60,778 nt of DNA from a virus (lineage: Duplodnaviria; Caudoviricetes). The DNA lies in the IMG/VR virus record IMGVR_UViG_3300005529_000041, positions 1 to 60,778 of that record; one strand, 5' to 3'. The notes under the pieces are model-generated. The model saw only the letters and a list, made by a program, of their open reading frames with translations. It had not been told where the DNA came from and searched no databases. How positions within the stretch are numbered: the first letter of the stretch is position 1; each line of letters begins with the position of its first letter. The position numbers and the translations under genes were made by a program. This document shows positions 25,855 to 35,238 of the stretch, in pieces.

Positions 25855-28196
25855 TGGCCTTTACTGACCTCACGCCTTCGCGGCAGCCCAAGCGCCGCAA
25901 GCGCAAGGCCAAGCAATCTCCGCCTGAGGACGGGCAGTCCCAGGATGTGGAGGTTGTGATCAATGGCCTTGGGTCTGAGCCGTCGCTCGACACGGCAACA
26001 GGCGCCATCACGATCCCGCATGACGATGGCAGTGTCACGGTTGATTTCGGTGGCAATCTCGACGAACCGGAAGACGCCGGCCCAACAGCACACGATGCCA
26101 ATCTCGCCGACAAGATCGACGAGATGGAGCAAACCCGCATCTGCGAGATGCTGCTCGAGGCCATCGAGGCGGACAAGAGCGATCGCCAGCAATGGGTGAC
26201 GCAGCGTGCCAGGCTGGTCGAGCTCCTAGGCATGAAGCTCGAGGAACCGAAAGCTGACGTATCCGGCTCGACCATGGGCATGAGCACGTCGGTGGTGCGC
26301 GATCCCATCCTGCTGGAGGCCGTCGAGCGCGGGCGCGCCAATGCGTTCGCCGAACTGTGTCCGGCCTCAGGCCCCGTCAAGGTCACGAACTGGGATGTGG
26401 ATCAGCCGGACTCCAACGATCTCGCTCAGGAGCTTGAAACCGATCTCAACTTCTATCTGGTCAGCAACGCGCCGGGGACAGCTACCGAGTATTATCCCGA
26501 CACCCGCTACATGCTGTGGTGGACGTATCTTGCGTCGGGCACGTTCAAGAAAGTGTACTGGTGTCCGCTGCGGCGCCGGCCGGTCTCCGAGTATGTGGCC
26601 GGAACCGATCTGATCGTCCCGACCAACGCCACCGATCTCAAGAACGCTGGCCGCATCACGCATGAAGTGTCGATGCGCCGCAGCGTGCTCAAGCGCATGC
26701 AGATTGCTGGCGTCTATCGGGACGTGACGCTCACTGACCCGATGCCGCCGACGCCGAATGCCGTCGATCAGAAGGTGTCCAACATCGACGGCCGCAAGGT
26801 CAAGCCACAGCGCCAGGAGGACGAGGATTATACGATTTATGAGTGCTATTGCGAGCTGGACATCCAAGGTCAACAGCATAAGGAGGATGGCAAGGTCACT
26901 GGCCTTCCTCTTCCCTACAAGGTGACCATCGAAGCCGACAGCCGCAAAATCCTCGAAATCCGCCGCAACTGGGACGAGGACGACGAAGACTATACCGCCA
27001 AGATTCCCTTCGTGCTGTTCCCGTTCTCGACGGGGCTCAGCCGCATCTACGGTTCCGGCCTTGGGCACATGGGCGGCAACATCGCCGCTGCTCTGACAGC
27101 CCTGCTGCGCATCTCCATCGATGCTGGCATGGCCGCCAACTATCCCGGCCTGATCAAGGCCAAGGGAACGGGACGCCAGCTCTCCAACGAGATTGCTGTT
27201 CCGCCTGGCGGTGCGATGGAGATCGACACTGGCGGCCTGCCGATCCAGCAGGCCGTCATGGGCATGCCCTACAAGGACGCCTCGCCCGTCGTCGTCGGTT
27301 TGATTGATCAGCTGCGCAATGTAGGGAGAGGATTGCTTGGCAGTGCCGATCTTCCCGTGGGCGAGGGCAACGCTGATGTGCCGGTCGGCACCATCCTCGC
27401 TACCATCGAGCAGGCCTTGAAGGTCATGGCCGGCGCCCACAAGGCGCTGCATGCTGCCCAGAAAGAGGAATTCCGGCTCCTGATGGAGCTGTTCAAGAAC
27501 GATCCCGAGGCTCTATGGCGCGGCAACAAGAAGCCCGCCATGGGTTCCGACAAGGAGATCAGGGTCCAGAAGTTCAAGGCGGCACTTGATCGCTTTGAGA
27601 TCACGCCACAGTCCGATCCCAACGTTCCATCAGCCATGCATCGCAAGCTGCTGGCACTCGGGTTCAAGCAGCTCACCATGGGAAACCCCGCCTACGATCC
27701 CGTCAAGGTCGACGAGTACGTGGCGCGCGAAGCCTATCAGATGGGAGAGCAGCAGTTCCGCTCATTCCTGGCGCCGCCGCAGCAAGCCCCGCCAGATCCA
27801 AAGATCGTGGCGGCACAGGCCAACGCTGCAGCGAAACAGGCTGCTGAGACGACCAAGCTGCAGATCGCGGCCATGCAGCAGAAGAGCAAGGATGCAGATG
27901 CGGAGCTCAAGTCCCGCGATCAAGAAATCCGCGGCCACGTGGAGCTGCTGAAGCTGCAGAATGCTGCGGCTGACCGTGAGAGCCAGGAGAACCTGGCCAT
28001 GGTCAACACGGCCAAGGAAATCATCCAGGCGACCTCCGTGCATCCGGAAACCGAGGGCGCCGTCGACGATCAGCTCAAACAGTGGCTGCCGTACATGCAG
28101 CCCCAGCACACGCAAGAGCCTCCGCAGGAGGACTGGCAAGACCTTGTGCACCCTGTAACGCAGCAACCTTTGCCGCCCGTAGGAGGCATGCAATGA
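25854..28196 (+). CDS. Portal protein (P22-like, long C-terminal coiled coil)
   Basis: About 780 aa after terL; GTFKKVY, YECY.ELD, PVGT.LA.IEQ, Gln-rich tail. Confidence 0.88.
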   Translation: MAFTDLTPSRQPKRRKRKAKQSPPEDGQSQDVEVVINGLGSEPSLDTATGAITIPHDDGSVTVDFGGNLDEPEDAGPTAHDANLADKIDEMEQTRICEMLLEAIEADKSDRQQWVTQRARLVELLGMKLEEPKADVSGSTMGMSTSVVRDPILLEAVERGRANAFAELCPASGPVKVTNWDVDQPDSNDLAQELETDLNFYLVSNAPGTATEYYPDTRYMLWWTYLASGTFKKVYWCPLRRRPVSEYVAGTDLIVPTNATDLKNAGRITHEVSMRRSVLKRMQIAGVYRDVTLTDPMPPTPNAVDQKVSNIDGRKVKPQRQEDEDYTIYECYCELDIQGQQHKEDGKVTGLPLPYKVTIEADSRKILEIRRNWDEDDEDYTAKIPFVLFPFSTGLSRIYGSGLGHMGGNIAAALTALLRISIDAGMAANYPGLIKAKGTGRQLSNEIAVPPGGAMEIDTGGLPIQQAVMGMPYKDASPVVVGLIDQLRNVGRGLLGSADLPVGEGNADVPVGTILATIEQALKVMAGAHKALHAAQKEEFRLLMELFKNDPEALWRGNKKPAMGSDKEIRVQKFKAALDRFEITPQSDPNVPSAMHRKLLALGFKQLTMGNPAYDPVKVDEYVAREAYQMGEQQFRSFLAPPQQAPPDPKIVAAQANAAAKQAAETTKLQIAAMQQKSKDADAELKSRDQEIRGHVELLKLQNAAADRESQENLAMVNTAKEIIQATSVHPETEGAVDDQLKQWLPYMQPQHTQEPPQEDWQDLVHPVTQQPLPPVGGMQ

Positions 28197-29053
28197 AAAT
28201 GTCGTCCATGGCCCGCATGGGCTCGTCCGGCAATACCAAGCTTCTCTCCAAGTACGGCGGCAAGCACAGGGACAAGCCCTACAAGTTCGCCAACGGCGGG
28301 GCGGTGCCCGGCCTGAAGCCGGCGCAACGGAAGGCCTATGCGGATGGTGGTCCCATCGATGGCATGCCGGCCCGCGCCCGCCTCGATCGCAAGGGCGGCA
28401 AGGCCAAGCCGAAGTCCAAGACCACGGTCAACGTGGTTGTCGCCGGCAAGGGCGATGGCGCACCCGCAATGCCGCCGGCTCCGATGGCTGGTCCTCCGAT
28501 GCCGCCCCCTGGGCCCGGCGGTCCGCCTATGCCGATGCGCAAGCATGGCGGCGCGGTGCAGCGGTTTGCCAGAGGTGGCAAGGTGCGCAAGCGTGCTGAT
28601 GGCGGCTGGACTGGCGAAGGCGATACGGGTCAACATCTGCGTGACAAAGCCGATGCCGCCAAAGGGCGCACTACATCGTCTGGTGTGGCTACTGGCGTAA
28701 TGTCTGGTTTACGAGCTGCCTCGAGGATGGCCCCAAGGCCGCTCAGAGCGCTTCTCAATGCGGGCATTGGGGAGGGTGCGCTTTCAACTGCAGTGAACGC
28801 TAAGGAAGCGCGATCTGCGGCTGAAGAGGCAGAAAAGGCCGAAGGCCGCAAGGACGGCGGCAGAATCAACTCCGACGCGGCCGAAGACAAGAAGATGGCG
28901 GCCAGCATGGTGCACAAGCATGAGCGCGACATGCACCATGCCAAGAAGCTGACGAAGTTCGCCAAGGGCGGACGCGTCAAGTTCGATGCTGGCGCTGGTT
29001 CCGGCGAAGGCCGCGAGGAGAAGGCCGAAGCCGTCGAGAGGCGCCGCAAGTGA
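28193..29053 (+). CDS. Basic low-complexity virion-associated protein with seven xxxGG motifs
   Basis: FANGG, YADGG, RKHGG, FARGG, RADGG, RKDGG, FAKGG; GGAGG RBS. Confidence 0.75.
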   Translation: MKMSSMARMGSSGNTKLLSKYGGKHRDKPYKFANGGAVPGLKPAQRKAYADGGPIDGMPARARLDRKGGKAKPKSKTTVNVVVAGKGDGAPAMPPAPMAGPPMPPPGPGGPPMPMRKHGGAVQRFARGGKVRKRADGGWTGEGDTGQHLRDKADAAKGRTTSSGVATGVMSGLRAASRMAPRPLRALLNAGIGEGALSTAVNAKEARSAAEEAEKAEGRKDGGRINSDAAEDKKMAASMVHKHERDMHHAKKLTKFAKGGRVKFDAGAGSGEGREEKAEAVERRRK

Positions 29054-29298
29054 GCCGCAAACTCAAGGCCGAGCTCGGCATCCCGGACATGGACAGCTTG
29101 CGCGAGGAGATCGACGCCCTGAAGGCGAAGATCGAGGCGCCAATGGTCCGCATGGTATGCGGCAACTGCACCCACTACAAGCCGTCCGTGACAAGCCAGA
29201 GCTGGGGGCATTGCACCAAGTCTGGCAAGGCCTTCCACGCCCCCATGCAGCGTTCCGATCTGGATTCCTGCACCTCGCATGAACCTGTCCAGCTATGA
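29050..29298 (+). CDS. Small Cys-rich protein
   Basis: CGNCTHY...GHC...C. Confidence 0.6.
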   Translation: MSRKLKAELGIPDMDSLREEIDALKAKIEAPMVRMVCGNCTHYKPSVTSQSWGHCTKSGKAFHAPMQRSDLDSCTSHEPVQL

Positions 29299-29527
29299 GT
29301 TCAAAGCGCTCGCCGACGTGGCGGCGCTGATCAAGGAACGCCTGCAATCCGAGTATACGAATGCTGGAGATGGCGTCGGCCTCAATCTCGAGGACGCGGC
29401 CGTCGCCGGCATGATGTGGGCAAAGCGTGTCGGCGCCGTCGCCGCCTACAAGGAAGCGTTGGCCATTTGCCAGTCCGTAGAGCGGCAATTGATGGGTGAG
29501 CCGAAGAAAGCCAAGAAGGAGACGTGA
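29279..29527 (+). CDS. Hypothetical protein
   Basis: Helical ORF upstream of the groES-like gene. Confidence 0.65.
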   Translation: MNLSSYEFKALADVAALIKERLQSEYTNAGDGVGLNLEDAAVAGMMWAKRVGAVAAYKEALAICQSVERQLMGEPKKAKKET

Positions 29528-29964
29528 TGTCGGCATTGTTCGAGAGGAAAGTGACCAGCCTCGGCATTGGCGCCCGCATGAAGATGGTGCATGCCGAGGA
29601 CCCCAAGAAGAAATTGCTGGATGAGATCGGCGAGATTCCCGAGGGCCTTGTCAATCTCAACAAGGTGCTCGTTGCCATCTATCGGCGCCCCGAGAAGACG
29701 GTCGGCGGCATCATCCTGACCGACCGTGCCAATGACGAGGATGTCTGGCAGGGCAAAGTCGGGCTCATTGTGGCGATGGGTCCTAAGGCCTTTGTCGACG
29801 ACGACACGACCCAGTTTCATGGCCTCAAGTACGAGATCGGCGACTGGGTATGGTTCCGCGCCTCCGATGGTGAGGCCTGTCAGCTCAATGGCATTCCCTG
29901 CCGCATCTTCCGCGCCGAAGGCTTGATCAACGGCAGGCTTCCCGATCCTGATTGCGTGTGGTGA
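29527..29964 (+). CDS. groES: Phage GroES-like co-chaperonin
   Basis: NKVLV...PEKTVGGIILTD...GLIVAMGP...IGDWV.F. Confidence 0.85.
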   Translation: MSALFERKVTSLGIGARMKMVHAEDPKKKLLDEIGEIPEGLVNLNKVLVAIYRRPEKTVGGIILTDRANDEDVWQGKVGLIVAMGPKAFVDDDTTQFHGLKYEIGDWVWFRASDGEACQLNGIPCRIFRAEGLINGRLPDPDCVW

Positions 29965-29969
29965 GCGCC

Positions 29970-30446
29970 ATGAAAATCACAAGACGGAAGATTTGGACGC
30001 TGCTGGCGTCGGCTGCGGCCTCCATGGGTATTGGAGTACATGAATCGCACGATCCGCATCTGCTCTGGGCGCCTGAATCTCAGTCGCACATGGAAAGCGT
30101 TCGCGAAATGGCACAGAAGTTGGCACGCCCAATTGAGGCGCAAAACCAGAGACCAAATACGATCTTCGAATTAGACGCGTGGGTCGATCACGTAACAGAT
30201 AGTATATTGCTGAAGGCGTACCGGCGCGACAACATGCATATGCCCGTTCGCTCCAGAGGAGAGGAAATTGGGCTTGGAATAGCGATTACTAGAAAGAACA
30301 TCCAAGACAAATCGCGATCTGAATTGGAGACACTAATTGTGGACGCATGGCATCAGCTAACAAAAGCTGTCAATGATCATCCATATAACGACAAGCCTGA
30401 TGCCAAGATTATGAGTCTCGCGCAGCTTAAGGTGGGGAGCGTCTGA
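29970..30446 (+). CDS. Low-GC inserted hypothetical protein
   Basis: Many A/T-ending codons; N-terminal TRRKIW + hydrophobic stretch. Confidence 0.65.
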   Translation: MKITRRKIWTLLASAAASMGIGVHESHDPHLLWAPESQSHMESVREMAQKLARPIEAQNQRPNTIFELDAWVDHVTDSILLKAYRRDNMHMPVRSRGEEIGLGIAITRKNIQDKSRSELETLIVDAWHQLTKAVNDHPYNDKPDAKIMSLAQLKVGSV

Positions 30447-31432
30447 TGGACAGAGATGACGGACTGATGGTCGAGGTTGCGCTCGACGACATCGCCCTTG
30501 GACACGACGCGGACGGACTGCCGAAAACCGTTCCGGCTAAGCGCGAGGCGCTGGTCAAGAAGGATGATGATCGCATTCGCGCCCTTGAGCGTGAGCGAGA
30601 TGCAAAGGCCGCCGAGGCAGACGAGGCACGTCGAGCTGCTGAGAAGGCGGCCAGGCTTGCCGAAGAGCGTGGCGAGGAAATCACCAAGCTCGGCGGTGGC
30701 ATAGTCAACGCCCGCTATCATCATCTCATGGCTGAGATCGACGGCCACAAGGCGAAAGCCGAAGCGGCCGAGCGCGACATGGCGCGAGCAATGGAGGCTG
30801 GCGACGGCAATCTTCTCAGCAAGTCGCAGCGCCTGATGTCACAAGCCGAGGCGCAAATTGCCCTGCTCGAGCGCGAGAAGATCGAAGTTGAAGGTCATCT
30901 TCGCCGCAAGGCCGAGCCCGAGCAACGCGAACAGCAGCCAGCACGCGAAGAGCCAAAGCCGCGCGAATTGAGCACTGAAGAGAAGATCGCTCAATATCCC
31001 AAGGCCTCGCAGGACTGGCTCCGTGACCACATGGAATACGTCACGGACAGGAAGCTTAATGCCAAGCTGCAGGCAGCGGCCTACGAGGCTGAGCACGCCG
31101 AGGGATTGAAGCCGCACAGCGCAGAGTTCCTGGAGTTCCTAGAGCAGAGGCTCGGTCTTGCAGATGGAGGTGACGAAGTGGAAGAGGAAGACCCTCCGAA
31201 GGAGAAGGCGAGACCGAAGGTCGTCGCGGCGGCCCCAGTGTCGCGCAACGGCAGCGATGCTGGCGGATCGTCTCCCAACAAGATGCGCATCAAGCTGCAT
31301 CCTCACTTGGTGAAGGTCGCCAAGGAGATCGGCACGGACCCGGCCGTCTACGCCCAAGGCGTCCTGCGCGCCATCAAAGAGGGCAAGCTGCCCAAGAACT
31401 ACCTCGATGCCGACTATCCTCACGGAGCTTGA
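30446..31432 (+). CDS. Putative capsid scaffolding protein
   Basis: Charged coiled coil in the head module; C-terminal helix-turn-helix KVAKEIGTDPAVYA. Confidence 0.7.
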   Translation: MDRDDGLMVEVALDDIALGHDADGLPKTVPAKREALVKKDDDRIRALERERDAKAAEADEARRAAEKAARLAEERGEEITKLGGGIVNARYHHLMAEIDGHKAKAEAAERDMARAMEAGDGNLLSKSQRLMSQAEAQIALLEREKIEVEGHLRRKAEPEQREQQPAREEPKPRELSTEEKIAQYPKASQDWLRDHMEYVTDRKLNAKLQAAAYEAEHAEGLKPHSAEFLEFLEQRLGLADGGDEVEEEDPPKEKARPKVVAAAPVSRNGSDAGGSSPNKMRIKLHPHLVKVAKEIGTDPAVYAQGVLRAIKEGKLPKNYLDADYPHGA

Positions 31433-31434
31433 CA

Positions 31435-32022
31435 ATGGCCGTCGCCACGAAAGCAAAAGCTAGCCCTTCTCGCGTCGCTGCCCCTCCGCGCACTGTAGAG
31501 CCGGAGCGAGTCGAGCGCCCAACGGCGGTGCCCAAGGATCGCGCCGTTGCCGTTGGCCGCGACGGCAAGCCGATCTGGCGCAAGTCGTTCGACACCGAGG
31601 ATCGCTTCCACATTCCTGCCGGCGTCGTTCCTGACGGCTGGATGTACGAGTGGAAGCGGAAATCCATCTTCGGCCAGCCCGACACGACACACCAAGTCAA
31701 TCTCCAACGCAATGGCTGGACGCCGGTTCCCGCAAGCAGGCATCCAGGCCTGTGGATGCCTGTCGACTACCCGGGCGCCGTTGAGATCGACGGCTTGGCG
31801 CTCATGGAGATCCCCATGGCGCTTTACCGGGAAGCCAAGCGTGACGAGAAGCGTGCGGCCGATGAAGCCGTGCGCGGCTCCCGCAAGAAGATGGGCATGG
31901 GCTATTCCAGCCCTGTCGCCGACCCCAGCAGCCCAGAGGCTCGCCGCGTGTCCGGTGTGAAGATCGAGGCGCCGGTCCCCGTTCTCAACCAGAACAAATA
32001 TGAATACACACTCGATGAGTAG
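31435..32022 (+). CDS. Head-module hypothetical protein
   Basis: PDGWMYEWKR...NGWTPVP...DGLALME motif, located before the capsid genes. Confidence 0.75.
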   Translation: MAVATKAKASPSRVAAPPRTVEPERVERPTAVPKDRAVAVGRDGKPIWRKSFDTEDRFHIPAGVVPDGWMYEWKRKSIFGQPDTTHQVNLQRNGWTPVPASRHPGLWMPVDYPGAVEIDGLALMEIPMALYREAKRDEKRAADEAVRGSRKKMGMGYSSPVADPSSPEARRVSGVKIEAPVPVLNQNKYEYTLDE

Positions 32023-32158
32023 CTGAAGTCTCATTTCGTGAGTTTCGCAGCGCGCCGCTGCGACTTGTTCCTTCCCACTCGCCGGGTGCGAGTCGAGTTG
32101 ATCGGGAAGTTGAGCCGCCGAGCCAATCGGCACCCAGCTTCACATGACAGGATCAGCT
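32021..32158 (+). promoter_or_regulatory. Multibranched RNA leader of the capsid genes
   Basis: AGCTGA/TCAGCT closing helix with four internal hairpins. Confidence 0.5.
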
Positions 32159-32162
32159 CGCC

Positions 32163-32774
32163 ATGGCGAACACCAATGCGCCGTTTGGGCTCCGTTATCT
32201 TGGTCTCAACGGGTCGAGCGCCGCGCCGACCATGGGCCAAGTGACTCTCAAGAACGGCATCCTCTACAGCGACACCACCAAAATCTACAGCGGCGACTTC
32301 GTCAAGATGCAGAGCACTGGGTATCTCACCCAGTGGACGAACGGAACCGCCGTATCGCAGCTCTGGGGCGTGTTCATCGGCTGCCGGTACTACAGCGTCA
32401 GCCAGAACAACATTCTCTATTCGCCCTACTGGGTTGGCGGCGACGCCGCGTCCGGCACGGTGGATGCGCAATTCATTCCCGGCATCCTGTCGCCTCCCGG
32501 CCTCTATGTCATCCAGACCGACGCGACTGGCATTACTCAGGCCGACATCGGCGCCACGGCTGACATCGTGGTCGGCACCGGCTCGACCGTGGGTGGCTGC
32601 TTCTCCGGCTCCTATCTCGACACGGGCGGCCTCAATGGCGCCGCAACGCAGCCGCTGCGCATTGAGGCTCTGTGGGCGGACTACATGGGCGGCCAGATCG
32701 GTCCCGGCACTGCTGCCGGCGCCTACAACTGGGCCGTCGTCTCGCTCAACGTCCAGCAGTCCACTGGCGTCTAA
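32163..32774 (+). CDS. Capsid decoration/minor head protein
   Basis: MANTNAPFGLR...IYSGD.V...GVFIGC.Y; directly upstream of the major capsid gene. Confidence 0.7.
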   Translation: MANTNAPFGLRYLGLNGSSAAPTMGQVTLKNGILYSDTTKIYSGDFVKMQSTGYLTQWTNGTAVSQLWGVFIGCRYYSVSQNNILYSPYWVGGDAASGTVDAQFIPGILSPPGLYVIQTDATGITQADIGATADIVVGTGSTVGGCFSGSYLDTGGLNGAATQPLRIEALWADYMGGQIGPGTAAGAYNWAVVSLNVQQSTGV

Positions 32775-32802
32775 CCACGTAGAGGCATGAGGAACTAACA
32801 CC

Positions 32803-33720
32803 ATGGCGATCAATCTCGCAGCAATCCGGGATGAGCTTCGCCCCGGCCTTTACGAGGTCGACGGCGAGTACCCGAACATCCCCACCGAGTACAAGCGCGT
32901 CTTCAAGCAGAAGGAGTCGACCCTCTCGGTCGAGCGCAAGACTCAGATGGCGTTTCTGAGCTATGCGCAGCTCAAGCAGGAAGGCGGCGCCACCGAGTTC
33001 GACAACAACGCCGGCCAGCGTTACGTCTACAACGCCGCCACCTACGAGGTCGGGCTTGGCTACGCGTGGACGCGCAAGGCCATCCGCGACAATCTCTACA
33101 AGAGCGAGTTCAAGCCCACCAACATGGGGCTTGCCAAGTCGTTCAAGGAGTTCTGGGAGTACCAGTGCTTCAACATCTTCAACAACGGCACGACCTACGA
33201 TGCCACCATCGGCGGTGACGGCAAGGCGTTGTTTGACCCCGCCCATCCCGTCGATCAGTCGACCTGGGCGAATACCTCGTCCACGCCGCAAGACCTCAAC
33301 GAGGCGTCGCTGCTCAATGCGTGCATCAAGATTCGCACGAACTGGGTGGACGAGCGCAACCTGAAGATCAGAGGCCGTCCGCGCAAGGACGGGCTCATGG
33401 TCCCGGTCCAGCTCATCCCGGTGGCGCAGCGCCTCACCAAGTCGGACTTGAGGCCTGGCACGGCCAACAACGACATCAACGCCATCAACACCATGGAAGG
33501 TGGCGTCACCGACTACATGGCCATCGACTACCTCACCAGTGCGTTTGCGTGGTTCGTCCTGACCGAGAACGACGGGCTCATCTTCTTCGAGCGCGATCCG
33601 TTCGAGACGGATATGTGGGTCGACAACGTGACCGATAACCTTCTGGTGAAGGGCTATCAGCGCGCCACCCCGACCTACAACGACCCGCGCGTTGCGTGGG
33701 GCGAGTTCCCGACTGCCTGA
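32803..33720 (+). CDS. Major capsid protein (HK97 fold, Mu gpT-like family)
   Basis: MAINLAAIRDELRPGL, K.EGG, DNLY, GGDGKALF..AHP, YLTS.FAWFVLT; very high GC3. Confidence 0.9.
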   Translation: MAINLAAIRDELRPGLYEVDGEYPNIPTEYKRVFKQKESTLSVERKTQMAFLSYAQLKQEGGATEFDNNAGQRYVYNAATYEVGLGYAWTRKAIRDNLYKSEFKPTNMGLAKSFKEFWEYQCFNIFNNGTTYDATIGGDGKALFDPAHPVDQSTWANTSSTPQDLNEASLLNACIKIRTNWVDERNLKIRGRPRKDGLMVPVQLIPVAQRLTKSDLRPGTANNDINAINTMEGGVTDYMAIDYLTSAFAWFVLTENDGLIFFERDPFETDMWVDNVTDNLLVKGYQRATPTYNDPRVAWGEFPTA

Positions 33721-33735
33721 CGGAGGAATGCCTAG

Positions 33736-34746
33736 ATGGCTTATACCAACTTCCCCAACGGGATTACCAGCTTCGGTATTCCCATGGTTGGCGGCGTCGG
33801 CGGCATTCCCCTGACGGGGAACTGGTGGTTCGTGAATGCGACCACCGGCTCCGATGGCAACGCCAGCGCAGGATCAGGCGGAGCGACCCCAGACGCTCCG
33901 CTGCAGACACTCTCCTATGCCTATTCGTGTGCGGCGGAGGGCAACAACGATGTCGTCGTCCTGATGTCGTCGGAGACGACCTCGGCGCCGACACAGGGCA
34001 CGTTCCGGCTTTCGTCCCAGCTCGTCTGGGCGAAGTCGGCTGTGCACCTGATCGGCGTGACGGCGCCCACGATGATCGGCCAGCGTGCGCGCATTGCGCC
34101 GCCGACCACGGCAACGACCAACATCGCCGACATGTTGAAGGTGACGGCGCAGGGTTGTTTGTTCGCCAACTTCTCGATGTTCCAGGGCACGGGCCAGTCG
34201 TCCACTGCCGAGAAGTTGTGCCAGATCACCGGCCAGCGGAATGCGTTTGTCAACGTCGCATTCCAGGGCATGGGTTCGGCGAACGGAGCAGGGCAGGCCG
34301 GAAGTTACTGCATCTATCTCAACGGCGGGTCGGAGAACACGTTCATCGGCTGCCAAGTCGGTGTCGATACCGAGTCGCGAACTGCGGCCAATGCCAGCGT
34401 TCTGTTCGGCACGAGTGCCACTCGCAACATCTTCCAGGACTGCATCTTCCCGATGTATGCGGGAGCGAGCTCGCCGTTCTTCATCACGGCGGGTGCCACG
34501 TCCATCGATCGCTTTGCGTGGTTCAAGAACTGCCTGTTCGTCAACGCCATCGATTCGGCGGCGACGGCGATCACGGCGGCAGTCTCGAGCAATGCCTCGC
34601 AGGGCGGCGTCATCATCATGGACAACTGCACGGTGATCGGAGCCAACAACTATTCGGCCACCAATCCGGACGTGAATGTGAAGGTGTCCGGCTCGGTTCC
34701 GAATGGGCATACCTCCGGCATCGCGCTGTCGGCAGCGACCGCGTAA
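33736..34746 (+). CDS. Virion protein with predicted beta-helix
   Basis: MAYTNFPNGITSFG N-terminus; repeated xxFxNCxF units. Confidence 0.7.
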   Translation: MAYTNFPNGITSFGIPMVGGVGGIPLTGNWWFVNATTGSDGNASAGSGGATPDAPLQTLSYAYSCAAEGNNDVVVLMSSETTSAPTQGTFRLSSQLVWAKSAVHLIGVTAPTMIGQRARIAPPTTATTNIADMLKVTAQGCLFANFSMFQGTGQSSTAEKLCQITGQRNAFVNVAFQGMGSANGAGQAGSYCIYLNGGSENTFIGCQVGVDTESRTAANASVLFGTSATRNIFQDCIFPMYAGASSPFFITAGATSIDRFAWFKNCLFVNAIDSAATAITAAVSSNASQGGVIIMDNCTVIGANNYSATNPDVNVKVSGSVPNGHTSGIALSAATA

Positions 34747-34750
34747 TCCC

Positions 34751-34954
34751 ATGAAGATGCCGAAGACATCGCGCTCGCGCGACCTTGGCGGGGGGATCAA
34801 AGCCCCCCGCTACGGGGTCAACGACAAGATCGAGAGGATGGCGGGGGGCAAGACTACCGGCATTGTCAAGCAGGATCAGATGCCGAAGTCCAACGCGGAC
34901 CCCGGTGACAAGTTTCCGGAGGTTCCAAAGCCTTACAGGCATACCTTCAAATGA
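34751..34954 (+). CDS. Small basic protein
   Basis: MKMPKTSRSRDLGGGI...RMAGGK. Confidence 0.55.
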   Translation: MKMPKTSRSRDLGGGIKAPRYGVNDKIERMAGGKTTGIVKQDQMPKSNADPGDKFPEVPKPYRHTFK

Positions 34955-35235
34955 TCATGCGCAAGAAGAAAAAGCGGGTCGCGCTGGACGGAGAGCCGGC
35001 GCGGCCTCGCCTTGATCGCCCAGCGCGCGCAAGCGGCGGACCGCTCACCGCTAAGGCTCGCAATGCGATCAGCGACAAGAACTTTGCCCTTCCTGGCAGG
35101 CGCTATCCGATCGAGGACGCATCGCATGCGAGGAATGCGCTGGCGCGTGTTTCGCAGCATGGCTCTTCCGAAGAGAAGGCCAAGGTTCGCGCCAGAGTCC
35201 ACAGCAAATATCCCGGCATCGGCAAGGGGAAATAG
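34951..35235 (+). CDS. Small basic protein (DUF6582-like)
   Basis: FALPGRRYPIEDASHARNALARV. Confidence 0.7.
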   Translation: MIMRKKKKRVALDGEPARPRLDRPARASGGPLTAKARNAISDKNFALPGRRYPIEDASHARNALARVSQHGSSEEKAKVRARVHSKYPGIGKGK

Positions 35236-35238
35236 CCT

